From assembly GCA_035527715.1 (NCBI GenBank), contig DATKZY010000028.1, forward strand, positions 17,416 through 81,415: a stretch of 64,000 nt of DNA, written 5' to 3'. A model generated the notes under the pieces. The model saw only the letters and a program-made list of their open reading frames with translations, was not told the origin of the DNA and did not search any database. The DNA is from Planctomycetota bacterium. Its GTDB lineage: Bacteria > Planctomycetota > PUPC01 > DSUN01. Within the stretch, counting starts at the first letter, position 1, and each line of letters begins with the position of its first letter. Of this stretch, positions 37,025 to 44,843 are shown one piece after another. The position numbers and the translations under genes were made by a program.

Positions 37025-37123
37025 GTGTTCGGTGTCGGGGGGGCGAAGAGAGGTGTTCGGTGTTCGGTTGTCGGTTGTCGGGGTGAAGAGGCGGAAGAGG
37101 GCATGGGTGGGACGAGTGGGACT
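37025..37123. repeat. Heptanucleotide arrays (GTGTTCG-type, two blocks) followed by a short GGGAC 9-mer array
   Basis: gggtgttcggtgttcggtgtcgggggg; ggtgttcggtgttcggttgtcggttgtcgggg; atgggtggg acgagtggg actgcgggc. Confidence 0.8.
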
Positions 37124-37207
37124 GCGGGCGGGCGGGCGCGCGGGGCCCCGCCGGCCGGCTGCCGACTGGCTGCCCGGTCACCCTGCATCCCTCCTCTCCG
37201 TGCGCTG

Positions 37208-37302
37208 CCTCAGTGTCCTCAGTGCCCTCTGTGGTGCGAGAAAAGCGGCGAAAAAGGCAGAGGAAAGCGTGTCGAAAAATGAAGGGGCGTGTCGAAAAAT
37301 GA
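37208..37302. repeat. Further short arrays: a 9-mer x3 and a 16-bp direct repeat x2
   Basis: cctcagtgt cctcagtgc cctctgtgg. Then gcgtgtcgaaaaatga occurs at 37267 and 37287. Confidence 0.7.
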
Positions 37303-37426
37303 CCGAATTTGCGCATGAGGGCATGGAAGCCGTAAGTTCCACGCTGGAGGTTACTTGTGTGTATTGCTGTCCCGGCGGGCGAATCAGCGGGCCGGGAGCG
37401 CGCGGCCGGCAGGACAAGAGATCCCG

Positions 37427-37458
37427 GGTGTCAGGTGTCAGGTGTTGGGGGTCAGGGG
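37427..37458. repeat. Heptanucleotide array (GGTGTCA-type) overlapping the 3' end of helicase 1
   Basis: ggtgtca ggtgtca ggtgttg ggggtca gggg. On the minus strand it encodes the last 8 codons (PKPLTPNT) and the stop codon of the helicase. Confidence 0.7.
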
Positions 37459-39807
37459 TTTGGGGCGCGGGACGTAGGGGTCGAGGGCGAGAAGGTCGTG
37501 GAGGATGAGGAGGGCCGCCTCCTTGTCGGGGATGCGGCCGCGGACCGACGAATCGAGGTCGCCCAGGGCGACCGAGGGGACGGCGGCGCCGACGCAACTC
37601 GGGCAGCCGTCGCGACATGCACACTGGCTGACGACGGTGTGGACGGACTTGAGCAGGTCGCCGATGGCCTCGGCGCAGCGTTCGGCGTAGCCCATGCCGC
37701 CGGGGTAGCGGTCGTAGAGGAAGATGGCGTCGCGGCCGAGATTCGTCGCATCTACTGTGGTGCCAATGTCTTGCACGTCGCACATGACGAACATGGGGGC
37801 GACCTCGACCAGGGCGTTGGCGATGCCGATGAGGCCCTCGGCGAAGACGCGCTTCTGCTGCGCGACGACTTCGCGGGCGTGGTCGGACGGCACGAGCCAG
37901 AGGGCAACGGTCTCGAGCTCCTGGGGCGGAAGCTCGAGCTTCTCGAATCCTAAACTATCGCGGGTATTGAACTTAACCTTCTTGAACATCGGGATATGGG
38001 TGGTCACCGTCACGTCGCCGAAGCCGATGGTGCCGCCGGCCCAGGGCTCCTCGCGGTCCTTTTCGTCAATGCGAATCTGCGAGGACTGGATGGACTGGGT
38101 GTAGTAGTCGAGGTCGCGGCGCTCGACGAAGGCGATCTTCTTCTCGAGGTCGAGCTTGTTCACGATGTAAGTGTCGCCGGAATGGAGGTATACGGCGTGG
38201 TCGTGGAGCTGGGCGAGGGCGGAAATCTCGTCCATCGTGCCGATCACCTGGTCGCCCTGCGTGGTGTCCTGGATGGTGTAGACGGGTCCGCAGAGGGTGC
38301 GGAGGTTGACTTGGGCGGCTGGGTAGTCGGAGGTGGCCCAGAACCACTTGTCATCTATACGCTTAGCGACTCCGCCATCGGCGAGGAGCTCGAGGATCGG
38401 CTCGGCGTATTCGCCGAAGCTGGGGGCCTCGGCATCGGGCAGGGGCAATTCGTGGAGGGCGCACTTGAGGTGGCCGACGGCGATGTGGGGGTTGTCGGGG
38501 TCAACGATGGCGCGCTCGGGGGATCGCCCGAAGATGAAGCCCGCGTTGTACATAAGGTATTGGTCAATGGGGGAGTTCTGGGCGATGAGGATGACGAGCG
38601 CGTCGTCGGCGCCGCGGCCGGCTCGGCCCGCCCGCTGCCAGAGGCTGGCGATGGTGCCGGGGTAGCCTACGAGGATGCAGGCGTCGAGCGAGCCGATGTC
38701 AATGCCCAGTTCGAGGGCGTTGGTGGAGGCGATGCCGAGGATTTCGCCCGAGGCCAGGCGGCGCTCGATGTCGCGGCGCTCCTCGGGCAGGTAGCCGCCG
38801 CGATAGCTCTGCACGCGCTGGGCGAGGCGGGGCGAGATGGGCTCGAGGAGGGTGCGAGCGTGCTTGAGTATAAGTTCCGTGCTGAGGCGGGTTTGCGTGA
38901 AAACGATGGTCTGGATTTCGTTGCGGACCAGATTGGTCATCAGCTCGACGGCGGTCCAGAGGGCGCTGCGGCGTTCGCCGCCCACGGCGGGGGCCTCGGT
39001 GGCCGGCAGGTCGCGGCTGAGGAGGGGCGGGTTCCAGAGGAGGAACTTCTTCGGGCCGCGGGGCGAGCCGTCGTTGGTCACCAGCTCGGCCGGGCCGCCG
39101 ATGATCCGCTCGGCGTGTTCCCTGGGATTGGCGATGGTGGCGGAGGAGCAGATGAAGAGCGGATTGCTCCCGAAGTGCCTGCAAATTCGGCGCATGCGGC
39201 GGACAACATTGGCGACGTGCGAGCCGAAGACGCCGCGGTAGGCGTGGACTTCGTCGAGGACGACGAAGCGGAGATTGGTGAAGAAGCGTGCCCAGCGGGC
39301 GTGGTTGGGCAGGATGCCCTGGTGAAGCATGTCGGGGTTCGTGAGGATGACGGCGCCGCGGTCGCGGAGCTTTCGGCGCTGGGGCGCGGGCGTGTCGCCG
39401 TCGTAGGGGCCGCAGGCGAACTGGAGACCCTCCACGCCGGCGGCAAGTTCCGAGAGGCCACGGAACTGATCCTGGGCGAGGGCCTTTGTCGGGTAGATCG
39501 CGATGGCCGTGGCCGTCGTGTCCGCGAGGAGCCTTTCGAGGATCGGCACGTTGTAGCAGAGGGTCTTGCCGCTGGCCGTGCTCGTGACGACGACCACGTT
39601 GCGGCCGCCGCGCACGTAGCGAATGGCCTCGGCCTGATGGGTGTAGAGGCGCTGGATGCCGCGGGCGTCGAGGGCGGCTTTCACGCGCGGCTCGAGGTCG
39701 AGGTCGGCATAGGTCGCCGGCCGCTCGGGCAGCTCTTCGACGTGATGGACCTGCTCGCGTAGCGAGCGGTCGCGGGCGAGACGGCGAAGAAAGGAGTCGA
39801 GGTCCAT
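37438..39807 (-). CDS. DEAD/DEAH-box SF2 helicase with C-terminal 4-Cys DUF1998 domain (MrfA/YprA, SftH-like), paralog 1
   Basis: Motif I TSTASGKT, DEAH-type LDEVH and SAT (CSSATIANP). The C-terminal QCACRDGCPSCV zinc cluster is present. 789 aa. Confidence 0.8.
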   Translation of the reverse strand: MDLDSFLRRLARDRSLREQVHHVEELPERPATYADLDLEPRVKAALDARGIQRLYTHQAEAIRYVRGGRNVVVVTSTASGKTLCYNVPILERLLADTTATAIAIYPTKALAQDQFRGLSELAAGVEGLQFACGPYDGDTPAPQRRKLRDRGAVILTNPDMLHQGILPNHARWARFFTNLRFVVLDEVHAYRGVFGSHVANVVRRMRRICRHFGSNPLFICSSATIANPREHAERIIGGPAELVTNDGSPRGPKKFLLWNPPLLSRDLPATEAPAVGGERRSALWTAVELMTNLVRNEIQTIVFTQTRLSTELILKHARTLLEPISPRLAQRVQSYRGGYLPEERRDIERRLASGEILGIASTNALELGIDIGSLDACILVGYPGTIASLWQRAGRAGRGADDALVILIAQNSPIDQYLMYNAGFIFGRSPERAIVDPDNPHIAVGHLKCALHELPLPDAEAPSFGEYAEPILELLADGGVAKRIDDKWFWATSDYPAAQVNLRTLCGPVYTIQDTTQGDQVIGTMDEISALAQLHDHAVYLHSGDTYIVNKLDLEKKIAFVERRDLDYYTQSIQSSQIRIDEKDREEPWAGGTIGFGDVTVTTHIPMFKKVKFNTRDSLGFEKLELPPQELETVALWLVPSDHAREVVAQQKRVFAEGLIGIANALVEVAPMFVMCDVQDIGTTVDATNLGRDAIFLYDRYPGGMGYAERCAEAIGDLLKSVHTVVSQCACRDGCPSCVGAAVPSVALGDLDSSVRGRIPDKEAALLILHDLLALDPYVPRPKPLTPNT

Positions 39808-39869
39808 GGCGCGCTATGGTACACGGCGCTGCCCGTGCTGTCCAGTGGGTTTGCCGATGGCCAGGATCC

Positions 39870-40733
39870 TCACGGCCGCGTTCCGGCCCCGCCCGACCTG
39901 ACGTGCTCGATGGTCTTGTCGGCCCACTCGTCGCAGAAGGGGTTCTCGCCCTTGTAGCCGAGAAGCAGACACGGGTCTTCGAGCATCCTGTCCCAGAACA
40001 GGCGCATGCACTCACGGCACTTCATGAGGCCGACGTTGGCATCCCCGCTCTTCGTCCACCTTATGAAGCCGGACTCATCGAGGACCTTGGCGGCGCGGGA
40101 GTTATTCCTGTAGAAGTTGCGGTAGCCCTTGGGGCTTTTCGTGACCTCGACCTCGATGGGCTTCCCATCGGGGCCTTTGACCAGCGCGCGGGACACGGCC
40201 ATGTAGGGGAGGGCCATCCAGTCCTCGACGACGTGGAGGGTGGTGTTGGTTCGGTTGGTGGTGCCGAAGAAGCAGATCCAGGCGTCCCACTCGAAGTTCT
40301 TGCCGTAGGGGCTCACGCGGTCGAAGGTGGAGCCCTTCTCGTGGCCGGCCACGTATTCTTCGGCGCGGGCGCCGATCGCGGCGATCGAGTGGGTGGGGTG
40401 CCGCGAGCGTTTGCGCTCGGGCCGCGCGAGGAAGACGTTGGTGACGCTGCCCACGCGCGAAGGCGTGGTGTCGGGGTCGAAGGCGTACGCGACGGGCCCG
40501 TCGGGCTTGGATGGCGCGAACGTAGCGGTGAGGGCCGGGACGGCCGCGAGGCCGTTCGGCCCGACGGTCTCGAGGAAGGCGTCTATGACCATGTCGGCGC
40601 CGCAGTTGGGGAGCTTGACGAGTTCGCGGGCGGGCCTCAGCATGCGGAGGTCGCTGTGGAAGAGGACGGCGTCGCCCTCCCTGAGGCCGAGCTCGGCCAG
40701 CCCGGCCTTGATGTCTTCCTTCGTGATGGCCAT
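39870..40733 (-). CDS. AAC(3) family N-acetyltransferase (aminoglycoside 3-N-acetyltransferase fold)
   Basis: VLFHSDLRML...GADMVIDAFLETVGPNGLAAVPALT, HPTHSIAAIGARAEEY and SPYGKNFEWDAWICFFGTTNRTNTTLHVVE match family hallmarks. The substrate is unknown. Confidence 0.7.
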   Translation of the reverse strand: MAITKEDIKAGLAELGLREGDAVLFHSDLRMLRPARELVKLPNCGADMVIDAFLETVGPNGLAAVPALTATFAPSKPDGPVAYAFDPDTTPSRVGSVTNVFLARPERKRSRHPTHSIAAIGARAEEYVAGHEKGSTFDRVSPYGKNFEWDAWICFFGTTNRTNTTLHVVEDWMALPYMAVSRALVKGPDGKPIEVEVTKSPKGYRNFYRNNSRAAKVLDESGFIRWTKSGDANVGLMKCRECMRLFWDRMLEDPCLLLGYKGENPFCDEWADKTIEHVRSGGAGTRP

Positions 40734-40787
40734 GTGTTCTCCGTTTCGTGGCAGAGCAGGCGCAGCGTGGCGCCGCCGCTGCGTGGA

Positions 40788-40816
40788 AGTATGCCAGTAG
40801 CCAGCGGGGGAGTCAA
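40788..40816 (-). promoter_or_regulatory. Sigma70-like promoter candidate for the AAC(3)-like gene
   Basis: Minus strand reads TTGACT-N17-CATACT. It shares the cTTGACTCCCC -35 context with the promoter at 36968-36996. Confidence 0.35.
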
Positions 40817-40942
40817 GCGCGGAGATGTGTCTTCAGCCGGCCGCCGAGGGTCGCAGTGTCAACGGGGGGCAGGACTGAAAGGGTGATACGCATCCCATTC
40901 TGTTCGCCGCGGTAGAAGGTTCCGCGTGCAGGTATGCACGCC

Positions 40943-43786
40943 CTACCGCCATTCCTTGGGCGCACGCTTGCGCTTGCGGGCGAGTGCGGCGAGGGGGTCG
41001 CCGGCTTTGATGGGGGCGGGAGTGGGACCCATGGGACCAAGGGGAACTATGGGACCGGCAGGAGCTTGCGGCGGCGCGGGACGGAAGGCGGGGGGAACAT
41101 TGGGCTCGGGGGTGGCGGGGCCGGGCTTGCGCTCGCCGCGGGCGATGGCCTTGTCGTGGCGAAGCTTGCGGAAGACGCGACGGGCGACGTCGGCGTTGGT
41201 GAGTTTCGAGCGCTGCTCGGGCTGCGGAAAGGCCGTGTGGATGTCGTGCTCGATGGGATGGACGGGATGGGGCAGGAGCGGCTCCCTGGCGTGCTCGAGG
41301 CGGCGACGCAGGCTGCGCTCCAGGGCGAGGCGGGCCTCAGGGGCCGTCTGGCCGAGGCTCACCGTGTCGGGCTCGTCGAGGCGCGAGCCGTCGTCGAGGA
41401 GGCGTTCGAGCATGAAGAGGGTGGCGCGCTTCGAGGGGATCGAGCCTTCGCCGCGCTCGACGTTCCAGGTGACGTCCTGGCGGAGGGGTTTGCCGACGCA
41501 GCAGGGGCAGCCGTCGTCGCAGTCGCACTTGCGAATGTGGTCGAGGACGGCGGGCATCAGGCGGCTGGCCAATTCGTAGGCGCGCTCGGTGAAGCCGAGG
41601 CCGAGGGGGTAGCGTTCGTAGACGAATGTGGTGTTCCACGGGGCGTTGACGGCGCCGACGGTGTGCGAGAAGTCGAGGGTCTCGCAACGGACGAAGAGAG
41701 GGAGGACCTGTCGCGTGGCGTAGCCGATGCCGCGGCAACCGGCGTGGGGATCAATGTCCAGCGCGAGCGCACGGCGGCACAGCTCCTCGGGCGGGACGAG
41801 CCAGAAGGCGTGGGTCTCGAAGACGAAGGTCGGCAAGTCGAGCGGATGGCGCGAGAGGGCGTCGAGGGTGTAGAAGTGGATCCGCTCGTAGGCCCAGGTG
41901 TGGAAATGCGTGGTGACCTCGCCGAAGCAGAGGGTGCCGATGCCGAAGGGCCGCTCGCGCAGGCGGGCGTCAATGTGGTGGACGTCCGTGCCGCCGAGGG
42001 GCTGGGTGTAGTAATCCACGTCCACCTTGCGTACGCGGGCGAAGGAGTGCTCGAGGTCGAGCTGCTCGACGAACCACGTGTCGCCCTGATGGAGGTAGAT
42101 GGCCTCGGGGTGGACGTAGATGGGGGCGTCGAGCTTGGGCATTTCGCCGATGATCTGCTCGGTCGCGGCATCCACCACGACCACGTTCCGGTCGTCCATC
42201 GCGCGGAGCGAGACCTCGTGCTGCGGCGTCTCGGGCGCGCTGTGGTGCCAGGAGCGATGCTCGGTGTCGTGGTAGACCTTCTGCTGGCCTTCGAGGACTT
42301 CGAGGGCGATGGGCGCGGCGGGACCGAAACGCGGCACCTCGTCGTCGGGCAGCGGCAGCTCGTGGGTCGCGCAGCGCAGGTGGCTGACGACGATGTGCGG
42401 GTTGTCGGGCTCCAGCACGCCCTCCTCGATGGGCCGGCCGAACAGGTAGTCGGGGTGCCGCATGACGTATTGGTTGATGGCCGTGTCGAGTCCCACGAGG
42501 ATCACGAGGGCCGCCTTGTCGCGTCGGCCCGCGCGGCCGGCCTGCTGGAAGAAGGAGGCGAGGGTGCCGGGGTAGCCGACGATGAGGCTGGCCTCGAGGG
42601 AGCCGACGTCAATGCCAAGTTCGAGGGCGCGGGTGGAGCTGACGCCGAGCAATTCGCCGCTGAACAGCTTGTGCTCGATCTCGCGACGTTCGGTGGGCAG
42701 GTAGCCGGCGCGGTAGGGCGTCACCTTGTCGGCGAGCGGCGAGGCGAGGCGTTCGAGCGATTCGCGGACGTAGCGGTAGATCAGCTCCGCCGTGACCTTG
42801 GCCTTCGAGAAGGCGATGGTGGGCGTGCCCGCTAGGACGAGCGCGGTCATCAGCTCCTGCGCCTCGACGTTGGCCGAGCGCCGCGAGCGCCACTGCGTCG
42901 AGCGGATGCGAGGGGGATTCCAAAGGACGTAGGTGCGGGGGCCGGAGGGGGAGCCGTCGGTGGAGATGAGGGCGATGGGACGAATGGGACTTATGGGACC
43001 TATGGGACCCGTGGCACCTACCGGTCCCATCGGTCTGATGGGTCCCATACGTCCCATCAGCTTGGCGGCCACTTCGAGGGGATTGGCCAGCGTGGCCGAG
43101 CAGGCCAGAAATTGCGGCTTCGAGCCATAGTGGGCGCACACGCGGTCGAGCCGGCGGAAGAGATTCGCCACGTTGGCCCCGAAGAGGCCCGTGTACGTGT
43201 GCAGCTCATCCACGACGATATGGGTGAGGCGGGCGAACACACTCGCCCAGCGGGGATGCTGCGGCAGGATGCCGGCGTGGAGCATATCGGGGTTGGTGAT
43301 GATCACGGCCGCCTTGTCGCGAAGCTGGCGGCGGTGACTTGCCGGCGTATCGCCGTCAATCACCCCGACCGTAACCTCCCGCGGGTTCGCAACCCGCGGG
43401 AGGTTTGCGGCTTGAAGGGCGCGCTGGAACACGCGGAGCTGGTCTTGCGACAGCGCCTTCGTGGGATAGAGGGCGAGGATGCGGGCGGTGGGGTCGCGCT
43501 CCAGTTGCTCAATGATGGGGAGCAGATAGCAGAGCGTCTTGCCGCTGGCCGTCGAGGTCGTTACCAGGAAGTCGCGGCCCGCGCGCGCGAGGTCGAGTGC
43601 CTGGGCCTGGTGGAGATAGAGCTGTTCGATGCCCATCCCCGCGAGCATTCGCGCGCAGGCCGGCGACAGCGGCTCCCGCGGCGCCGCATACCGCGCTGCC
43701 CGCCCCGCGACGCGGTGCACGTGGACGATCTGGCCGCGATAGTCGGCCGAGGCACGCAGATGCTCGAGGAAGGAATCGAAGTCCAC
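40943..43786 (-). CDS. DEAD/DEAH-box SF2 helicase with C-terminal 4-Cys DUF1998 domain (MrfA/SftH-like), paralog 2, carrying repeat-derived insertions
   Basis: GTG start. Motifs are TSTASGKT, VDELH, CSATLANP and KCDCDDGCPCCV. It is 947 aa. The extra length comes from a Gly-Pro insertion encoded by the 42974-43058 array and from a Pro-rich C-terminal tail containing the 41019-41057 array. Confidence 0.8.
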   Translation of the reverse strand: MDFDSFLEHLRASADYRGQIVHVHRVAGRAARYAAPREPLSPACARMLAGMGIEQLYLHQAQALDLARAGRDFLVTTSTASGKTLCYLLPIIEQLERDPTARILALYPTKALSQDQLRVFQRALQAANLPRVANPREVTVGVIDGDTPASHRRQLRDKAAVIITNPDMLHAGILPQHPRWASVFARLTHIVVDELHTYTGLFGANVANLFRRLDRVCAHYGSKPQFLACSATLANPLEVAAKLMGRMGPIRPMGPVGATGPIGPISPIRPIALISTDGSPSGPRTYVLWNPPRIRSTQWRSRRSANVEAQELMTALVLAGTPTIAFSKAKVTAELIYRYVRESLERLASPLADKVTPYRAGYLPTERREIEHKLFSGELLGVSSTRALELGIDVGSLEASLIVGYPGTLASFFQQAGRAGRRDKAALVILVGLDTAINQYVMRHPDYLFGRPIEEGVLEPDNPHIVVSHLRCATHELPLPDDEVPRFGPAAPIALEVLEGQQKVYHDTEHRSWHHSAPETPQHEVSLRAMDDRNVVVVDAATEQIIGEMPKLDAPIYVHPEAIYLHQGDTWFVEQLDLEHSFARVRKVDVDYYTQPLGGTDVHHIDARLRERPFGIGTLCFGEVTTHFHTWAYERIHFYTLDALSRHPLDLPTFVFETHAFWLVPPEELCRRALALDIDPHAGCRGIGYATRQVLPLFVRCETLDFSHTVGAVNAPWNTTFVYERYPLGLGFTERAYELASRLMPAVLDHIRKCDCDDGCPCCVGKPLRQDVTWNVERGEGSIPSKRATLFMLERLLDDGSRLDEPDTVSLGQTAPEARLALERSLRRRLEHAREPLLPHPVHPIEHDIHTAFPQPEQRSKLTNADVARRVFRKLRHDKAIARGERKPGPATPEPNVPPAFRPAPPQAPAGPIVPLGPMGPTPAPIKAGDPLAALARKRKRAPKEWR
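41019..41057. repeat. GGGAC 9-mer array inside the helicase 2 C-terminal tail
   Basis: gagtgggac ccatgggac caaggggaa ctatgggac. It encodes PIVPLGPMGPTP on the minus strand. Confidence 0.75.
42974..43058. repeat. Palindromic GGGAC/GTCCC 9-mer array inserted in frame in helicase 2
   Basis: atgggacga atgggactt atgggacct atgggaccc gtggcacct | accggtccc atcggtctg atgggtccc atacgtccc. It encodes RMGPIRPMGPVGATGPIGPISPIRPI, and paralog 1 has only GPAE at the same position. Confidence 0.85.
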
Positions 43787-43891
43787 GGGGGTCTCTTTGC
43801 ATCAATCCGCATCCGGAATTCGCAAGCCGGAGATCGCCAGGGTCATGCCCGATCGACAGGGCTTGCAGAGGTCCGCGACGAGAGGGGGCAT

Positions 43892-44137
43892 TCAGTCGGG
43901 AAGGTCGTCAAGGGGGACGAAACGGCCTTCGCGGATGTCCTTCCTGGCCCTGGCGATTCGGCGAAGGAACTTCTCGTCGTGTTCGAGCCGGTAGTCGAAC
44001 CAGTCGTCCTCATCGTGGAAGCCGATGACCAGGGCGGCGGGGCGACCGTGGCGGGTGATGAGCACGCCGTCCTTCTCGGCTTCACGGATGATGCGGCAGA
44101 TGTCGTTCTTGGCTTCCGCCATCGTGTGGGTCTTCAT
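43892..44137 (-). CDS. Phd/YefM family antitoxin
   Basis: 81 aa. MAEAKNDICRIIREAEKDGVLITRHGRPAALVIGFHDEDDW matches the Phd/YefM N-domain pattern. Its start overlaps the upstream toxin stop (ATGA). Confidence 0.7.
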   Translation of the reverse strand: MKTHTMAEAKNDICRIIREAEKDGVLITRHGRPAALVIGFHDEDDWFDYRLEHDEKFLRRIARARKDIREGRFVPLDDLPD

Positions 44138-44433
44138 TCTGGCACCCCATGCTCCTCAAGCCACTGGGTAGTCCGGGGCTTCTCAACGAAGCCCAGGACT
44201 TCGACGCGCCTGTGGACTTCATCCACGTCGTAGAACACGCGCATCTCGGCGACGCGCAGGCGGTACTGGGGCTGGCGCAGCCCTCTGAGCCGTTTGATCC
44301 GGCTCTTGCTTTCGCGCACGGGATCGGCTTCCAGGTGCTCCCGCATGGCCCGCTTGAGGGCAGAGCGGCACCGAGCGTCCAGCTTCCTGAACTGCTCCTC
44401 AGCAGTTCGCGCGACTACGACGGCGTGCCTCAT
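44134..44433 (-). CDS. RelE/ParE family toxin
   Basis: 99 aa. LRGLRQPQYRLRVAEMRVFYDVDEVHRRVEVLGFVEK matches the RelE/ParE core pattern (YRlRvGdyRviY...v.vl.i.hR). It is encoded upstream of its antitoxin. Confidence 0.7.
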   Translation of the reverse strand: MRHAVVVARTAEEQFRKLDARCRSALKRAMREHLEADPVRESKSRIKRLRGLRQPQYRLRVAEMRVFYDVDEVHRRVEVLGFVEKPRTTQWLEEHGVPE

Positions 44434-44442
44434 TCTGGGAAT

Positions 44443-44471
44443 AGTATAGCCAGAGTAGCCGCAGCGGTCAA
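44443..44471 (-). promoter_or_regulatory. Sigma70-like promoter candidate for the toxin-antitoxin operon, near-leaderless
   Basis: Minus strand reads TTGACC-N17-TATACT, with 9 nt between the -10 box and ATG 44433. Confidence 0.45.
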
Positions 44472-44477
44472 GGGCCT

Positions 44478-44562
44478 TTGCCTGGTGCAGCTAGAGCCGT
44501 TCGATGCCCATCCCCGCGAGCATTCGCGCGCACGCCGGCGACAGCGGCTCCTGCGGCGTCAC
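44478..44562 (-). pseudogene. Relic of a helicase 5' end (duplicate of 43605-43690 of helicase 2)
   Basis: About 75 nt are nearly identical to helicase 2 codons ~35-60. The relic reads HVTPQEPLSPACARMLAGMGIERL*LHQAKAL against PREPLSPACARMLAGMGIEQLYLHQAQAL. It contains an in-frame stop and an internal deletion of about 33 nt. Confidence 0.65.
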
Positions 44563-44783
44563 GTGGAGCTTGCTGCGGCAGGCTCGTAGTGCAGGACGAT
44601 CAACTGGCTGGCACGTAGCGGGGCTGTGGCGTAGGTGCGGCCGTGGTCATCGGAGAACTCGACCTCGAACATCCCAGGCTCTAACAGCTCGACGACGGTG
44701 CCCACCTGGCCGCGGCGCAGCCCGCGCGACGGCACGTCGGCCACGAGGGCGACCACGTCGAACAGCTTGATCGCGTCGTTCAC
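44559..44783 (-). CDS. DUF4926 domain protein
   Basis: 74 aa with a GTG start. FDVVALVADVPSRGLRRGQVGTVVELLEPGMFEVEFSDDHGRTYA matches the DUF4926 pattern. Its 3' end runs into the helicase relic. Confidence 0.55.
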   Translation of the reverse strand: MNDAIKLFDVVALVADVPSRGLRRGQVGTVVELLEPGMFEVEFSDDHGRTYATAPLRASQLIVLHYEPAAASST

Positions 44784-44843
44784 TACGTCGTCCCTCTTTC
44801 AGAGAACGTGACAACTCACCAAGCAGGGAGGCTTCATGTCCCC

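Noticed and set aside
39870-40733. Calling the AAC(3)-fold gene an aminoglycoside resistance determinant.
   Set aside because: Only the fold-level motifs are visible. Substrate specificity cannot be read from the sequence, and environmental homologs often have other substrates. It is reported as a family-level call only.
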